A DNA stretch of 46,973 nt from a virus (lineage: Duplodnaviria; Caudoviricetes), in the IMG/VR virus record IMGVR_UViG_3300036846_001586, positions 1 to 46,973 of that record; one strand, 5' to 3'. A program made the position numbers and the translations under genes. How positions within the stretch are numbered: the stretch's first letter is position 1; each line of letters starts with the position of its first letter. The notes below the pieces were generated by a model. It ran no database searches. It was not told the DNA's origin and worked only from the letters and a program-made list of their open reading frames with translations. This document shows positions 37,400-46,973 of the stretch, piece after piece.

Positions 37400-37864
37400 G
37401 TGGCAGAAAAATACTACCCCCACGACTATCTCCCTATGCCGCTTCAGGAGGGCTATGCATTTCAGCCAGTCAGTCCGTTAATGCGTACTGAAATGACAAC
37501 CGGCCGTGCCCGTCAGCGCCGGGCATTCATTTCCACGCCAACACAGGCAAATGTGCAGTGGTTTTTTGAAACGGACATTCAGGCCCAGCTATTTGAGGCC
37601 TGGTACCGCGAAACGATCACTGACGGTGCTGACTGGTTTTTTATGCGACTACAGACCCCGCTTGGCGTTGAGTTCTATAAATGCCGGTTCACCGATATCT
37701 ATCAGGGGCCGACGCTGGTCACCCCGATTTACTGGCAGTTCTCCGCGACGCTGGAGCTATGGACACGTCCTGTTCTTGGCGATGGCTGGGCTGAGTTCCC
37801 GGATTACATCATCAACAGCAGCATCATTGATATTGCAATTAACAGGGAGTGGCCCGAAGCATGA
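37400..37864 (+). CDS. Distal tail protein
   Basis: First structural gene after the tape measure; 'RTEMTTGRARQRR'; GGAGG SD with GTG start. Confidence 0.75.
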   Translation: MAEKYYPHDYLPMPLQEGYAFQPVSPLMRTEMTTGRARQRRAFISTPTQANVQWFFETDIQAQLFEAWYRETITDGADWFFMRLQTPLGVEFYKCRFTDIYQGPTLVTPIYWQFSATLELWTRPVLGDGWAEFPDYIINSSIIDIAINREWPEA

Positions 37865-38349
37865 CCAGCCCGACTTTAAAACGACTGTACGCCTCTTCCG
37901 GTGAAGAGGTCATTATCAAAACCCTGCAGATCAACATCGGTGATGATGCTCTGTATCTCTGTGATGGCTATGACGACATAACCGCGACAACGGAAACCGG
38001 CGAAGAAGTGACATTTATCGCAAGCACCATCGACGTTGCGTTACCTGCGCGAAACAGCGACGGTACACAGGATCTACAGTTTGCAGTCTCTAACATTAAT
38101 GGCGAGGCGTCGACATCCGTGCGTAGCGCGATGGAAAACTTGCGCGGCGCCACAGTGACTTACCGCCAGTTTACCTCTGACGATTTAACCGCTCCCGCCG
38201 AACGTCCTTATACCCTGACGGTTAAAAACGGGTACTGGACCTCGACGCAGGCGCAGATTATCGCAGGGTACATGAACGTGCTGGATACAGCCTGGCCCCG
38301 CTATCGCTACACACTCCCGTTCTATCCTGGCCTTCGTTACATGAGCTAA
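37861..38349 (+). CDS. DUF1833 minor tail protein
   Basis: Synteny; ends 'YPGL'. Confidence 0.75.
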   Translation: MTSPTLKRLYASSGEEVIIKTLQINIGDDALYLCDGYDDITATTETGEEVTFIASTIDVALPARNSDGTQDLQFAVSNINGEASTSVRSAMENLRGATVTYRQFTSDDLTAPAERPYTLTVKNGYWTSTQAQIIAGYMNVLDTAWPRYRYTLPFYPGLRYMS

Positions 38350-38358
38350 GGAGTTTCA

Positions 38359-38739
38359 ATGTTCAATCAAGATAAATACCTTTCAGTTAAATGGCTGAAG
38401 GGCGGACGCGCTTACCCTGAACTTGACTGCTTCGGCATCGTGAATGAAGTGCGTCGTGATCTGGGGCTTCATGAATGGCCGGATTTTGCCGGAGTGACTA
38501 AAGACGATGGTGGCCTTGATCGAGAAGCAAAAAGTTTCTCACTGACTCTTTCCCAATGCGAGCCATGCGCTGGTGCAGGGGTTTATTGCTATTCCGGTTC
38601 AGCGGTGACGCATGTTGCAGTCGTGGTGGATATTAACGAGCAACTTTATGTTGTGGAATGCAACCCAAAGACCAACGTGACCATCCTTCCATTGCCGCGC
38701 TTTATGCGTCGGTTTGTTAAAGTGGAGTTCTGGCAGTGA
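38359..38739 (+). CDS. NlpC/P60-like tail tip assembly protein
   Basis: 'GGR...LDCFGIV...HVAV'. Confidence 0.75.
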   Translation: MFNQDKYLSVKWLKGGRAYPELDCFGIVNEVRRDLGLHEWPDFAGVTKDDGGLDREAKSFSLTLSQCEPCAGAGVYCYSGSAVTHVAVVVDINEQLYVVECNPKTNVTILPLPRFMRRFVKVEFWQ

Positions 38740-41459
38740 CTATCAGAATTTATCCATCCCGGTTACCCGGCGAGCCGCTGGAAATACATGAACATGGCGC
38801 GCTGACTCTTCATCAGTGGTTGTCGGGCAACGTTGATAATTATCGTTCAGATATTAAACACCCGATTGCGGTTGAAGTTGATGGCGAAAATATTCCCGCA
38901 ACGGAATGGTTCGATTATGTCATAGCCCCATCCAGTGAAGTACGTATCTATCCGATCCCTTTCGGGCTGGAGGCCGGGACAATTGCGTGGATAGCTGTTG
39001 CTATTTCTGCCGCATCCGTTGCATATGCGCTATTTTTTGCACCAGGCGCGGTCGATCCGGGAGGGTATTCATCAGGAACAGGCGATTCACTCGATGTAAA
39101 CCCGGCTAAAGCCAACCAGGCTAAGCTTGGGGAGCCGATTCGTGAGCTGTTCGGACGCCGCCGAATTTACCCCGATTACGTAGTACAGCCGGTAACCCGC
39201 TTCAGCCAGGATGATCCGACAGTGATGACCGTTGAAATGTTCGTCGCGCTGGGATTCGGACAATTTTCATTCGGCAAAGGGGATATGCGTGTTGGTGCCA
39301 CGCCTGTTTCATCGCTGGGTGATAGTTTCGCGTACACCGTTTTTCAGCCCGGCCAGAATGTGGCTGGTGATCGCCGTAGCGAAAACTGGTTTAACTCCAC
39401 TGAAGTTGGAGGCACCAGCTCTGGCGCCGGGCTGGATATGGCCCAGACGGCGCCGGACAAGGATGATGTTGTTGCGCAGTCACTGACGGTGTCTGGAAGC
39501 ACAATCACGTTTAACGGATTAAGCGCTGACGACGATACTGCAACAAACGAGCTGCCTGATTCGTGGATTGCTGGCGCAACGGTTGAGCTAATCGTACCCG
39601 ATCAGTTTGTTGTAACCAACGATGGCGCATACAGCCGAATTACCAGTGACAATCTGGCGGAACTCGCCCCTTATGTCGGCATGCCGGTAACGCTCTGGTA
39701 CAACAGCGTCGACTATAGCCTGTTTATCGCTTCGTATACGCCGCATGCAGACGCGACAGAGGAAGAAGAGGAAGTCACCGCCTCGGTAACGCTGGCTTAT
39801 GAGAGTGACACCGGCACGCCTTTTACGGGTATTCCAGAGGGGGATATCAGGCTTTCCGTTTCTCACGCCGGATATCAGTACAAAATTTTCGACGTTGACG
39901 GCACAAGTGTGACTCTTCAGCGCTTGATTGACGGCGTTGTCAATAACACATGGCCGGGTTTCGTTGCGCGCACCGTGCTTGATTTTGACGCATCTGGCGT
40001 TAACCAGAATGATTCCTGGATGGGGCCGTTTCTGGCATGCCCGGATAATGAAACCATCGACATGTTTGAAGTGAATTTCTTCTTCCCGAATGGCATTTGC
40101 TGGTACGACAAAAAAGGGAGAAAACAAAACAGAACGGTTCGCTGGGAAGTTCAGTACCGCGTCTATGGCTCTGGTTCTGGATGGATGAGCAAAACCGGCT
40201 CGTATAATACAAAAAATATAAATGGTCTTGGTTTTACTGAGCGCATCACGCTGAGTTCTCCTGGCCTTGTTGAAGTGCGGTGTCGACGCACTAACGAGCA
40301 GGGACAGGATAACAGCCGCGATAATATGTACTGGCAATCGTTGCGTGGCCGCCTTCTGACCTCGCCGTCATCGTACGCTGGCGTAACGACGATGGGTGTC
40401 ACGGTGGAAACAGGCGGCAAGCTGGCCGCTCAGTCCGATCGCCGGGTGAACGTGGTAGCGACAAGGATTTACGACACTGGCGCACCAAGAAGCATCTCTG
40501 GCGCCCTGTACCACGTTGGTAACTCGCTGGGGCTGGATATGGACACCGACGCCATTGATGCGCTGGAAAGTGCGTACTGGACGCCTGGCAATGAGTTTTT
40601 CGATTTCGAGACGACTGACAGCACATCTGCGCTGGAGGTTTTGCAGAAGATAGCCAACGCCGGGAAAAGTTATTTTCTGCTGACGGACGGGCTTGCTTCG
40701 GTTGCGCGTGAAGGCGTAAAGCCATGGTCCGGGGTTATCAGTCCGCATGAGATGACTGAAGACCTGCAAACTGCATTCGTTGCTCCCTCCGGTGACGATT
40801 ATGACGGTGTTGATGTCACGTATATCAACGGAACGACCTGGGCTGAGGAGACGGTACAGTGCCGGACCCCGGATAATCCAACCCCTGTCAAAATCGAAGA
40901 CTACACTCTTGATGGTGTGCTTGATCGTGATCGCGCGTACCAAATCGGCATGCGCCGGTTGATGAAGTATCAGCAGCAGCGGCTGACCCATACGACATCT
41001 ACTGAGCTGGACGCACTTTGCTATAACATCGGCGACCGTATCGTGCTGACTGACGATATACCCGGTAGCCAGACGGTCAGCACACTGATTGAGTCGATGG
41101 CGTCTGTGGATGGCACAACGACATTCACGGTGACAGAGCGGCTTGACTGGTCGTTTCCAAATCCTCGCGTGCTGATTCGTTATCAGGATGGTTCGGCTTC
41201 CTCACTTATGGTGGCGACCAGTGCAGGTGATTACCGGGTTTCCGTGCCTTACCTGGCGACGTTCGATGACATGATTCTTGATGATCCCGGCATTGAACCG
41301 CCACGCCTGATTTTCTGCGACTCTTCACGAGTGGGCTATAACGTTCTTGTCTCAGAGATAGCCCCACAATCTGACGGCACATGTCAGATAACGGCGAAAC
41401 AGTATAAACCCAGCTTCTACGATCACGACAATGCAACATATCCCGGCGATACAGCCTGA
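38736..41459 (+). CDS. Tail tip / host specificity protein (TipJ-like)
   Basis: 907 aa; 'LGEPIRELFGRRRIYPD'; synteny. Confidence 0.8.
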   Translation: MTIRIYPSRLPGEPLEIHEHGALTLHQWLSGNVDNYRSDIKHPIAVEVDGENIPATEWFDYVIAPSSEVRIYPIPFGLEAGTIAWIAVAISAASVAYALFFAPGAVDPGGYSSGTGDSLDVNPAKANQAKLGEPIRELFGRRRIYPDYVVQPVTRFSQDDPTVMTVEMFVALGFGQFSFGKGDMRVGATPVSSLGDSFAYTVFQPGQNVAGDRRSENWFNSTEVGGTSSGAGLDMAQTAPDKDDVVAQSLTVSGSTITFNGLSADDDTATNELPDSWIAGATVELIVPDQFVVTNDGAYSRITSDNLAELAPYVGMPVTLWYNSVDYSLFIASYTPHADATEEEEEVTASVTLAYESDTGTPFTGIPEGDIRLSVSHAGYQYKIFDVDGTSVTLQRLIDGVVNNTWPGFVARTVLDFDASGVNQNDSWMGPFLACPDNETIDMFEVNFFFPNGICWYDKKGRKQNRTVRWEVQYRVYGSGSGWMSKTGSYNTKNINGLGFTERITLSSPGLVEVRCRRTNEQGQDNSRDNMYWQSLRGRLLTSPSSYAGVTTMGVTVETGGKLAAQSDRRVNVVATRIYDTGAPRSISGALYHVGNSLGLDMDTDAIDALESAYWTPGNEFFDFETTDSTSALEVLQKIANAGKSYFLLTDGLASVAREGVKPWSGVISPHEMTEDLQTAFVAPSGDDYDGVDVTYINGTTWAEETVQCRTPDNPTPVKIEDYTLDGVLDRDRAYQIGMRRLMKYQQQRLTHTTSTELDALCYNIGDRIVLTDDIPGSQTVSTLIESMASVDGTTTFTVTERLDWSFPNPRVLIRYQDGSASSLMVATSAGDYRVSVPYLATFDDMILDDPGIEPPRLIFCDSSRVGYNVLVSEIAPQSDGTCQITAKQYKPSFYDHDNATYPGDTA

Positions 41460-41515
41460 TGTCACCTATTTAATTATCACCCGCTTCGGCGGGTTTTTTC
41501 GTTTATGAGGCTCAT

Positions 41516-43921
41516 ATGACGACTTATAACACCGGCAACCCGCTGGGATCTGCTGCTGCAAAAGACCTTAACGATAACGCGCAAAACATGGATTATCTGA
41601 TGAATGACCAGGTGAATGATCGACGTAATGATCGTCTTGGACATTCCCGTAAAACCTGGCACGGTATGGAGTCAGCTCATGAGAAACAACTTGCCCGCTT
41701 TTCTGCTGCCTTTCAGGAATTTCTTGTTAAGTCCGGATATGACTTTCTCGGCGATTACGAGGACGGTCCTCTTACTTTCACTGCACGAAATCAGACAATC
41801 CGGTATCAGGGGCAGTTCTGGAGACTGAATACAGCAACGGATGTTCCATTCACGACCCGCGGAACGGATGCCATAAGCTGGGCAGAGGATGTTAATCATC
41901 TGGTCCTGATGGACGCTGACATGCTGCGTCAGGAACTGGCACTACCGGATGGAGCCTGGCTGGTAGGACTGGGTGATTTGACGCTGGGTGAGATACTGGC
42001 TCAGAAAATCTTTATTATTGTCATTACCGGACAGTCGAATGCAGTCGGTGCAAATAGTGGAGGGCCTAATCCGGCAAGCGATAAAATCGTTATCTGGGAT
42101 GGTGCAACGGGCGACTGGGGAAGCAGTGATTATACCCGTCCACCGCTGTCACGCTCCAGTCCGAACGGGAACGGCGGCAACAACAATATAGCGCTGGCAT
42201 TTGCACATCGCCTTGTGGATGAGTTTAAGGCAGAAAAGGTGTTCATCATCTATGATGCGGCAGGTGGGCGTTCCATTGAGGACTGGACAGGGGAGGGGGT
42301 TAACTCAGTCCGCTACGCAGCGATAAAAGGCAAGGTTGAAGCGGCGCTGGCCTCACCGGAAATTGTCGCCACAGGGAAGACGAGAGTCGATATGGTTGTC
42401 TTTGCGCAAGGGGAAGCTAACGGACTGACAGATACCATTACGGATTACCGCAGCAAGCTTGCCACGCTGGACAGGCAGTTTCGTGCTGAAAGCTGGATGT
42501 CTGATACCACACCGATGTTTATCATGGGTATGAGCGGATTACACATGCGTTACCAGGTCTGGCAGGCGCAACTGGATTATTGTGAAAACCACAACCGCAA
42601 CTGCATTTATGTGAACTCTGCAGGACTAAAGACACAATACGACGTTGATGGTGCGGGAGATTACACGCACTGGCTGGGTACATCCCTTTGGGAACATGGC
42701 TATTATCGAATCTGGCAAGCACTGCATGAACGCGGGGTCACACACCGCCATACTCTTGCAGCGTTCTCTGCCCGGGGGGCGGGTCCGTGGAGTGGCGAGG
42801 CCATCGCGCTGGCAAAATTTTCGAGCCTGGTAAGTGCAGGCTCCACAACGGGTGATTTTCCGGCGAACGGCCCTGCTGCGTCGCACGCGATTCACTGGGG
42901 TTATCAATGTACAGCTGCAAATAATGCGCTTGCTGGAGGGTATCAGGTAACGATGGAGTCCGGTGCGAGTTATTCTATAGCATGGGGCCGCCTGAATATG
43001 TTTGCTGCTCAGGCGCAAAACTCAGCAGCTTTCGGTTACGGCAATACCATTAATACTCCCTACGCTTTTGCCGGTGGGAGAGGACATACAATCGCAGATC
43101 CTTACTGCGCGGCACTTGGCGGATTCTCTGAATACAAAACCTCGCTGGCAGATCCTGTAAGGTTCCAGGTTGGCATCGGTAAGGCTGAGGCTTCGCCAAA
43201 AACCGGTTTTGCCGTATTTGAGTCAGGCAGGTCACTGTTCGCGGGTAACATTGATTTTAAAACGGATAATAATTCCTCTGTAGGGACGCCGAGCGCACGC
43301 GCGTCAGTTATCTATGCGGGTACTGCTGCAATCAACACCTCTGATATAACGACGAAAAAATCACGTGGAGCGTTAACCGATGCTGAATTACGGGCATGGG
43401 CTAAAGTGCCGCCGACAATTTATCAGATACTGGAGTCACTGAATGAAAAAGGTGAGGACGCGCGGCTACATGCAGGGCTGATTGCACAGGATGTTGCTAC
43501 GGCGTTTGAATCTGAGGGGCTGGATCCGCGCCGTTACGCGTTGTTCTGTGAAGACGAAATATTCGAAGAAGTATTCGAACCTCAAATCAGGACTGTTTCA
43601 CGTCAGAAGCGTGGGCCGGGAGTTATCAGGGAGTCCGGTATTGTTGACGGCGTAGAAGTTACGGTCGAGCGTAGAGTAGAAGACGCGCTTCAGTACAAGC
43701 TTGTTAATGATGAGTTCGTGCCAGAGATTGAAGAAGTGGAAGAGACAGTGATGATTCCGGTTCGAAAGTCAGCAGGGATACGCCTCGGGCTGCGTTATAC
43801 AGAATGCCTTATTTTTGAAGCGGCTTATCAGCGCTCTGTCAGCACTAAACTGGCGGCGCGCCTTGATGAGCTTACTGTTCCCGCACGTTACGCAGCCAGG
43901 TGCGGGAACAGTAATAGCTAA
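41516..43921 (+). CDS. Tailspike with SGNH/SASA acetylesterase domain and C-terminal S74-like chaperone
   Basis: GQSN, QGEAN and DYTH esterase motifs; 'INTSD...HAGLIAQDV...LRYTE'. Confidence 0.8.
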   Translation: MTTYNTGNPLGSAAAKDLNDNAQNMDYLMNDQVNDRRNDRLGHSRKTWHGMESAHEKQLARFSAAFQEFLVKSGYDFLGDYEDGPLTFTARNQTIRYQGQFWRLNTATDVPFTTRGTDAISWAEDVNHLVLMDADMLRQELALPDGAWLVGLGDLTLGEILAQKIFIIVITGQSNAVGANSGGPNPASDKIVIWDGATGDWGSSDYTRPPLSRSSPNGNGGNNNIALAFAHRLVDEFKAEKVFIIYDAAGGRSIEDWTGEGVNSVRYAAIKGKVEAALASPEIVATGKTRVDMVVFAQGEANGLTDTITDYRSKLATLDRQFRAESWMSDTTPMFIMGMSGLHMRYQVWQAQLDYCENHNRNCIYVNSAGLKTQYDVDGAGDYTHWLGTSLWEHGYYRIWQALHERGVTHRHTLAAFSARGAGPWSGEAIALAKFSSLVSAGSTTGDFPANGPAASHAIHWGYQCTAANNALAGGYQVTMESGASYSIAWGRLNMFAAQAQNSAAFGYGNTINTPYAFAGGRGHTIADPYCAALGGFSEYKTSLADPVRFQVGIGKAEASPKTGFAVFESGRSLFAGNIDFKTDNNSSVGTPSARASVIYAGTAAINTSDITTKKSRGALTDAELRAWAKVPPTIYQILESLNEKGEDARLHAGLIAQDVATAFESEGLDPRRYALFCEDEIFEEVFEPQIRTVSRQKRGPGVIRESGIVDGVEVTVERRVEDALQYKLVNDEFVPEIEEVEETVMIPVRKSAGIRLGLRYTECLIFEAAYQRSVSTKLAARLDELTVPARYAARCGNSNS

Positions 43922-44049
43922 AATCCAACCCGATCAGTATCTATTCCACTTTTCCGACGAACATATCAGGGCCAATCTGCTGGATGTCTATGACACTACC
44001 GGGGCGGGGTCAGTCCAAAAATGACTCTGAGGTGTCTGTTAAATCCGTG

Positions 44050-44259
44050 GCGATTCAATGTGCAATCGACGGGGAGTTCAGGATCAAGCGATATCGGACT
44101 CATCCTCAACCCCATCTGATTAATCTGGAGAGCGGGAGAAGGGAGGCGCTACCAGTAGATGATGACGGTTACGGTTCTGCACCCGCTATATTCGGGGTGA
44201 TTACTTACATCATTAATGATGCCAGCAATGCGGAGTTTGATGACTGCCCGGTGATGTAG
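44050..44259 (+). pseudogene. C-terminal half of a UmuD-like/S24 phage gene
   Basis: 'CAIDGEFRIKRY...IFGVITYII'; normal N-terminal half absent. Confidence 0.6.
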
Positions 44260-44629
44260 ATAGAAACACATCATGGGAAAGAATAATTATGCTCAATTGG
44301 TGGTTATTTGACCACTTATGATCTTGGTAAGATTTTAGTTAAAAATATTAGATATCAATCACAAAGATTTAATGACAACCATCTTTGTAATGACTATAAA
44401 TTTACCCACTCGCTAAGGATATAGCGTATCCAATATGCACTGCTGTGTAATTACGGGGTCTGTTGATGTCAGCAGACACCCGGTTTTTCATCATCAACTA
44501 CACAGTCACTGTACTGCCAGGCAAATTTAAAAGTTATGGTTGTGTTTCTCCCCAGTTATTCCCCGGAGTATCCCCCGCTCAGAAAACAGACATAAAAAAG
44601 CCGTAACAGGCTGGTTCTTAGATGATTTT

Positions 44630-44705
44630 TGGTCGGCACGAGAGGATTTGAATCTCCGATCTCCCCATGACGACGAGCCGCCGTCTTAAGGGCTGCTATG
44701 TGCCC
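44630..44705 (-). pseudogene. Degenerate tRNA-Pro(GGG) (proL-like) / foreign att scar
   Basis: TGGTCGGCACGAGAGGATTTGAAtCTCCGA..CCCCATGACG..GGCTGC.TAtGTGCC is the reverse complement of proL as recalled, with substitutions and indels. Confidence 0.75.
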
Positions 44706-44969
44706 AGAAGCAGACGCTGGTCATTCGTAATCAATATTGCTTCAATTAACGTATATCCCAAGTCTGATGCAGATTATGCAAATTTAATGCCCCAAGAAGT
44801 GGAAGGCTGACTAGCTAAGGAGCCCTTTAAAAATATGAATATATAAGATGATTTGTATCGAACCTCGTTGCACCATGCGTTCCGATTAATGCCGCATTGT
44901 CAGTTGAACTTTGCTACTCTATGAGTGGTAGTACCCTTTATCCAATGCGGATTTAAATTAATGGAATAA

Positions 44970-46973
44970 ATGATTATGAGTGAAAATGATATAATCCCAA
45001 AGAAGTCTAAAAGCCAGATTAACAAAGCAGTATTCTTTACATCTGCTTTGTTAATTTTCCTTCTTGTCGCCTTTGCCGCCGTATTCCCGGATGTTGCCGA
45101 CAAAAATTTTAAACTACTTCAACAACAAATCTTCACGAATGCCAGCTGGTTCTACATCCTGGCTGTGGCCCTGATTTTACTGAGTGTCACGTTCCTGGGA
45201 CTCTCACGCTACGGCGATATCAAGCTGGGCCCGGACCATGCGCAGCCTGATTTCAGCTACCACTCTTGGTTTGCGATGCTTTTTTCGGCAGGGATGGGGA
45301 TCGGCCTGATGTTCTTTGGCGTTGCCGAACCTGTGATGCATTATCTTTCGCCCCCCGTCGGCACTCCAGAGACCGTTGCGGCAGCGAAGGAAGCAATGCG
45401 TCTGACCTTCTTCCACTGGGGCCTGCACGCATGGGCAATCTATGCCATTGTGGCGCTGATTCTGGCGTTCTTCAGTTACCGTCACGGTTTGCCTTTAACG
45501 CTGCGCTCCGCACTCTATCCCATTATTGGCGATCGCATATACGGGCCTGTAGGCCATGCGGTTGATATTTTCGCTGTTATAGGCACGGTCTTTGGCGTTG
45601 CTACATCGTTGGGTTACGGTGTTTTGCAGGTGAATGCCGGTTTGAACCATCTTTTCGGGATACCCATTAATGAAACTGTGCAGGTCATTCTGATCGTGGT
45701 CATCACGGGGTTAGCGACGATTTCAGTGGTGTCGGGCCTGGACAAGGGAATACGCATCCTGTCTGAGCTCAATCTGGGCCTGGCGTTGTTGTTGCTGGCG
45801 CTGGTCCTGTGTCTGGGACCAACCGTGCTTCTGCTGAAGTCATTTGTGGAAAATACGGGCGGTTATCTTTCAGAACTGGTGAGTAAAACGTTCAACCTTT
45901 ACGCGTATGAACCTAAGTCGAGCAACTGGCTGGGAGGCTGGACATTATTGTATTGGGGATGGTGGCTTTCATGGTCGCCGTTTGTGGGGATGTTCATCGC
46001 ACGGGTATCCCGCGGCCGAACCATTCGCGAGTTTGTCACCGGTGTGCTGTTTGTTCCTGCCGGCTTTACGCTCATGTGGATGACGGTATTTGGTAACAGC
46101 GCGATCTATCTTATTATGAACCAGGGGGCGACTGACCTCGCCAATACCGTTCAGCAGGATGTTGCTCTGGCCCTGTTCAATTTCCTGGAGCATTTCCCGT
46201 TCTCCTCCGTACTGTCATTCATTGCAATGGCGATGGTCATTGTCTTCTTTGTCACATCTGCTGATTCGGGGGCAATGGTTGTAGATACTCTGGCATCAGG
46301 TGGGGTGGCAAACACACCCGTCTGGCAGAGAATCTTCTGGGCCTCGCTCATGGGAATTGTTGCTATTGCGCTTCTCCTTGCAGGAGGGCTAAGCGCGCTG
46401 CAAACGGTGACAATAGCAAGTGCATTACCCTTCTCAGCTATCTTATTGATATCCATATACGGACTGTTAAAAGCCCTGCGTCGGGATTTGACTAAGCGTG
46501 AAAGCCTGAGCATGGCGACTATTGCTCCGACGGCTGCACGTAACCCAATTCCGTGGCAGAGAAGGTTGCGCAATATAGCTTATCTGCCGAAGCGTTCTCT
46601 TGTGAAACGCTTTATGGACGACGTTATCCAACCCGCCATGACGCTCGTTCAGGAAGAACTGAACAAGCAGGGGACGATAAGCCATATCAGTGACGCTGCC
46701 GATGATCGTATTCGACTTGAAGTCGATTTGGGCAACGAGCTGAATTATATTTATGAAGTGAGGCTTCGCGGGTATAACTCACCGACATTCGCCCTAGCTG
46801 CGATGGATAATGATGAGCATCATGCTGAACAACATCGATATTATCGCGCTGAGGTCTATCTCAAAGAAGGTGGTCAAAATTATGATGTGATGGGCTGGAA
46901 TCAGGAACAGCTTATTAATGACATACTCGACCAGTATGAAAAACATCTGCACTTCCTGCACCTAGTTCGTTAA
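44970..46973 (+). CDS. BCCT family betaine transporter (BetU-like)
   Basis: 'FSAGMGIG' (Gly as in BetP, not the Asp of BetT) and 'YWGWWLSWSPFVGMFIARVSRGRTIREF'; 667 aa with a long C-terminal tail. Confidence 0.88.
   Translation: MIMSENDIIPKKSKSQINKAVFFTSALLIFLLVAFAAVFPDVADKNFKLLQQQIFTNASWFYILAVALILLSVTFLGLSRYGDIKLGPDHAQPDFSYHSWFAMLFSAGMGIGLMFFGVAEPVMHYLSPPVGTPETVAAAKEAMRLTFFHWGLHAWAIYAIVALILAFFSYRHGLPLTLRSALYPIIGDRIYGPVGHAVDIFAVIGTVFGVATSLGYGVLQVNAGLNHLFGIPINETVQVILIVVITGLATISVVSGLDKGIRILSELNLGLALLLLALVLCLGPTVLLLKSFVENTGGYLSELVSKTFNLYAYEPKSSNWLGGWTLLYWGWWLSWSPFVGMFIARVSRGRTIREFVTGVLFVPAGFTLMWMTVFGNSAIYLIMNQGATDLANTVQQDVALALFNFLEHFPFSSVLSFIAMAMVIVFFVTSADSGAMVVDTLASGGVANTPVWQRIFWASLMGIVAIALLLAGGLSALQTVTIASALPFSAILLISIYGLLKALRRDLTKRESLSMATIAPTAARNPIPWQRRLRNIAYLPKRSLVKRFMDDVIQPAMTLVQEELNKQGTISHISDAADDRIRLEVDLGNELNYIYEVRLRGYNSPTFALAAMDNDEHHAEQHRYYRAEVYLKEGGQNYDVMGWNQEQLINDILDQYEKHLHFLHLVR

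Larger units (their letters stand above)
575..44705. mobile_element. Lambdoid prophage (long non-contractile tail) integrated at the sdsR 3' end; right boundary uncertain
   Basis: Complete int/xis, immunity, replication, Q, lysis, head and tail modules; the sdsR terminator is a known phage insertion hotspot; no second copy of the core found by eye. Confidence 0.9.

Noticed and set aside
41516-44260. Tail fibre inversion (shufflon) system
   Set aside because: No invertase gene or second fibre cassette; only one local palindrome
44630-44705. Functional tRNA-Pro gene
   Set aside because: A deletion in the anticodon/variable region and a scrambled D arm prevent a cloverleaf; kept as a pseudogene/att scar

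Overview
The window is almost entirely one lambdoid, siphovirus-type prophage (about 575 to at least 44.7 kb) in an enterobacterial chromosome, probably Enterobacter-like (inference). It is inserted at the 3' end of the SdsR (RyeB) sRNA beside yebY and is followed by a BetU-like BCCT betaine transporter gene. Gene order: int, xis, DUF4060, recT, recE, ydaE, kilR; a secreted moron; cI/cro/cII-like; O-like replication protein, DnaC-like loader; a decayed nin region packed with morons; DUF1367, ninG, ylcG, Q; morons; pinholin, SAR endolysin, Rz/Rz1; a VOC moron; terS, terL, portal, MuF, scaffold, coat, head-tail genes, tail tube, frameshifted chaperone, tape measure, tail tip and an esterase tailspike; then decayed right-end scars. 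The most notable items are: (1) a twin GGAU-loop hairpin motif, with different but still paired stems, repeated before both the scaffold and the coat gene; (2) a MuF protein with a C-terminal HExxH metallopeptidase and an overlapping small candidate immunity ORF; (3) a moron hotspot marked by two copies of a dead methyltransferase 3' end and a holE scar; (4) several candidate defence or exclusion morons; (5) a foreign proL-type att/tRNA-Pro scar at the right end, with no sdsR-type attR found. All family assignments come from motif recognition by eye; no database searches were run.
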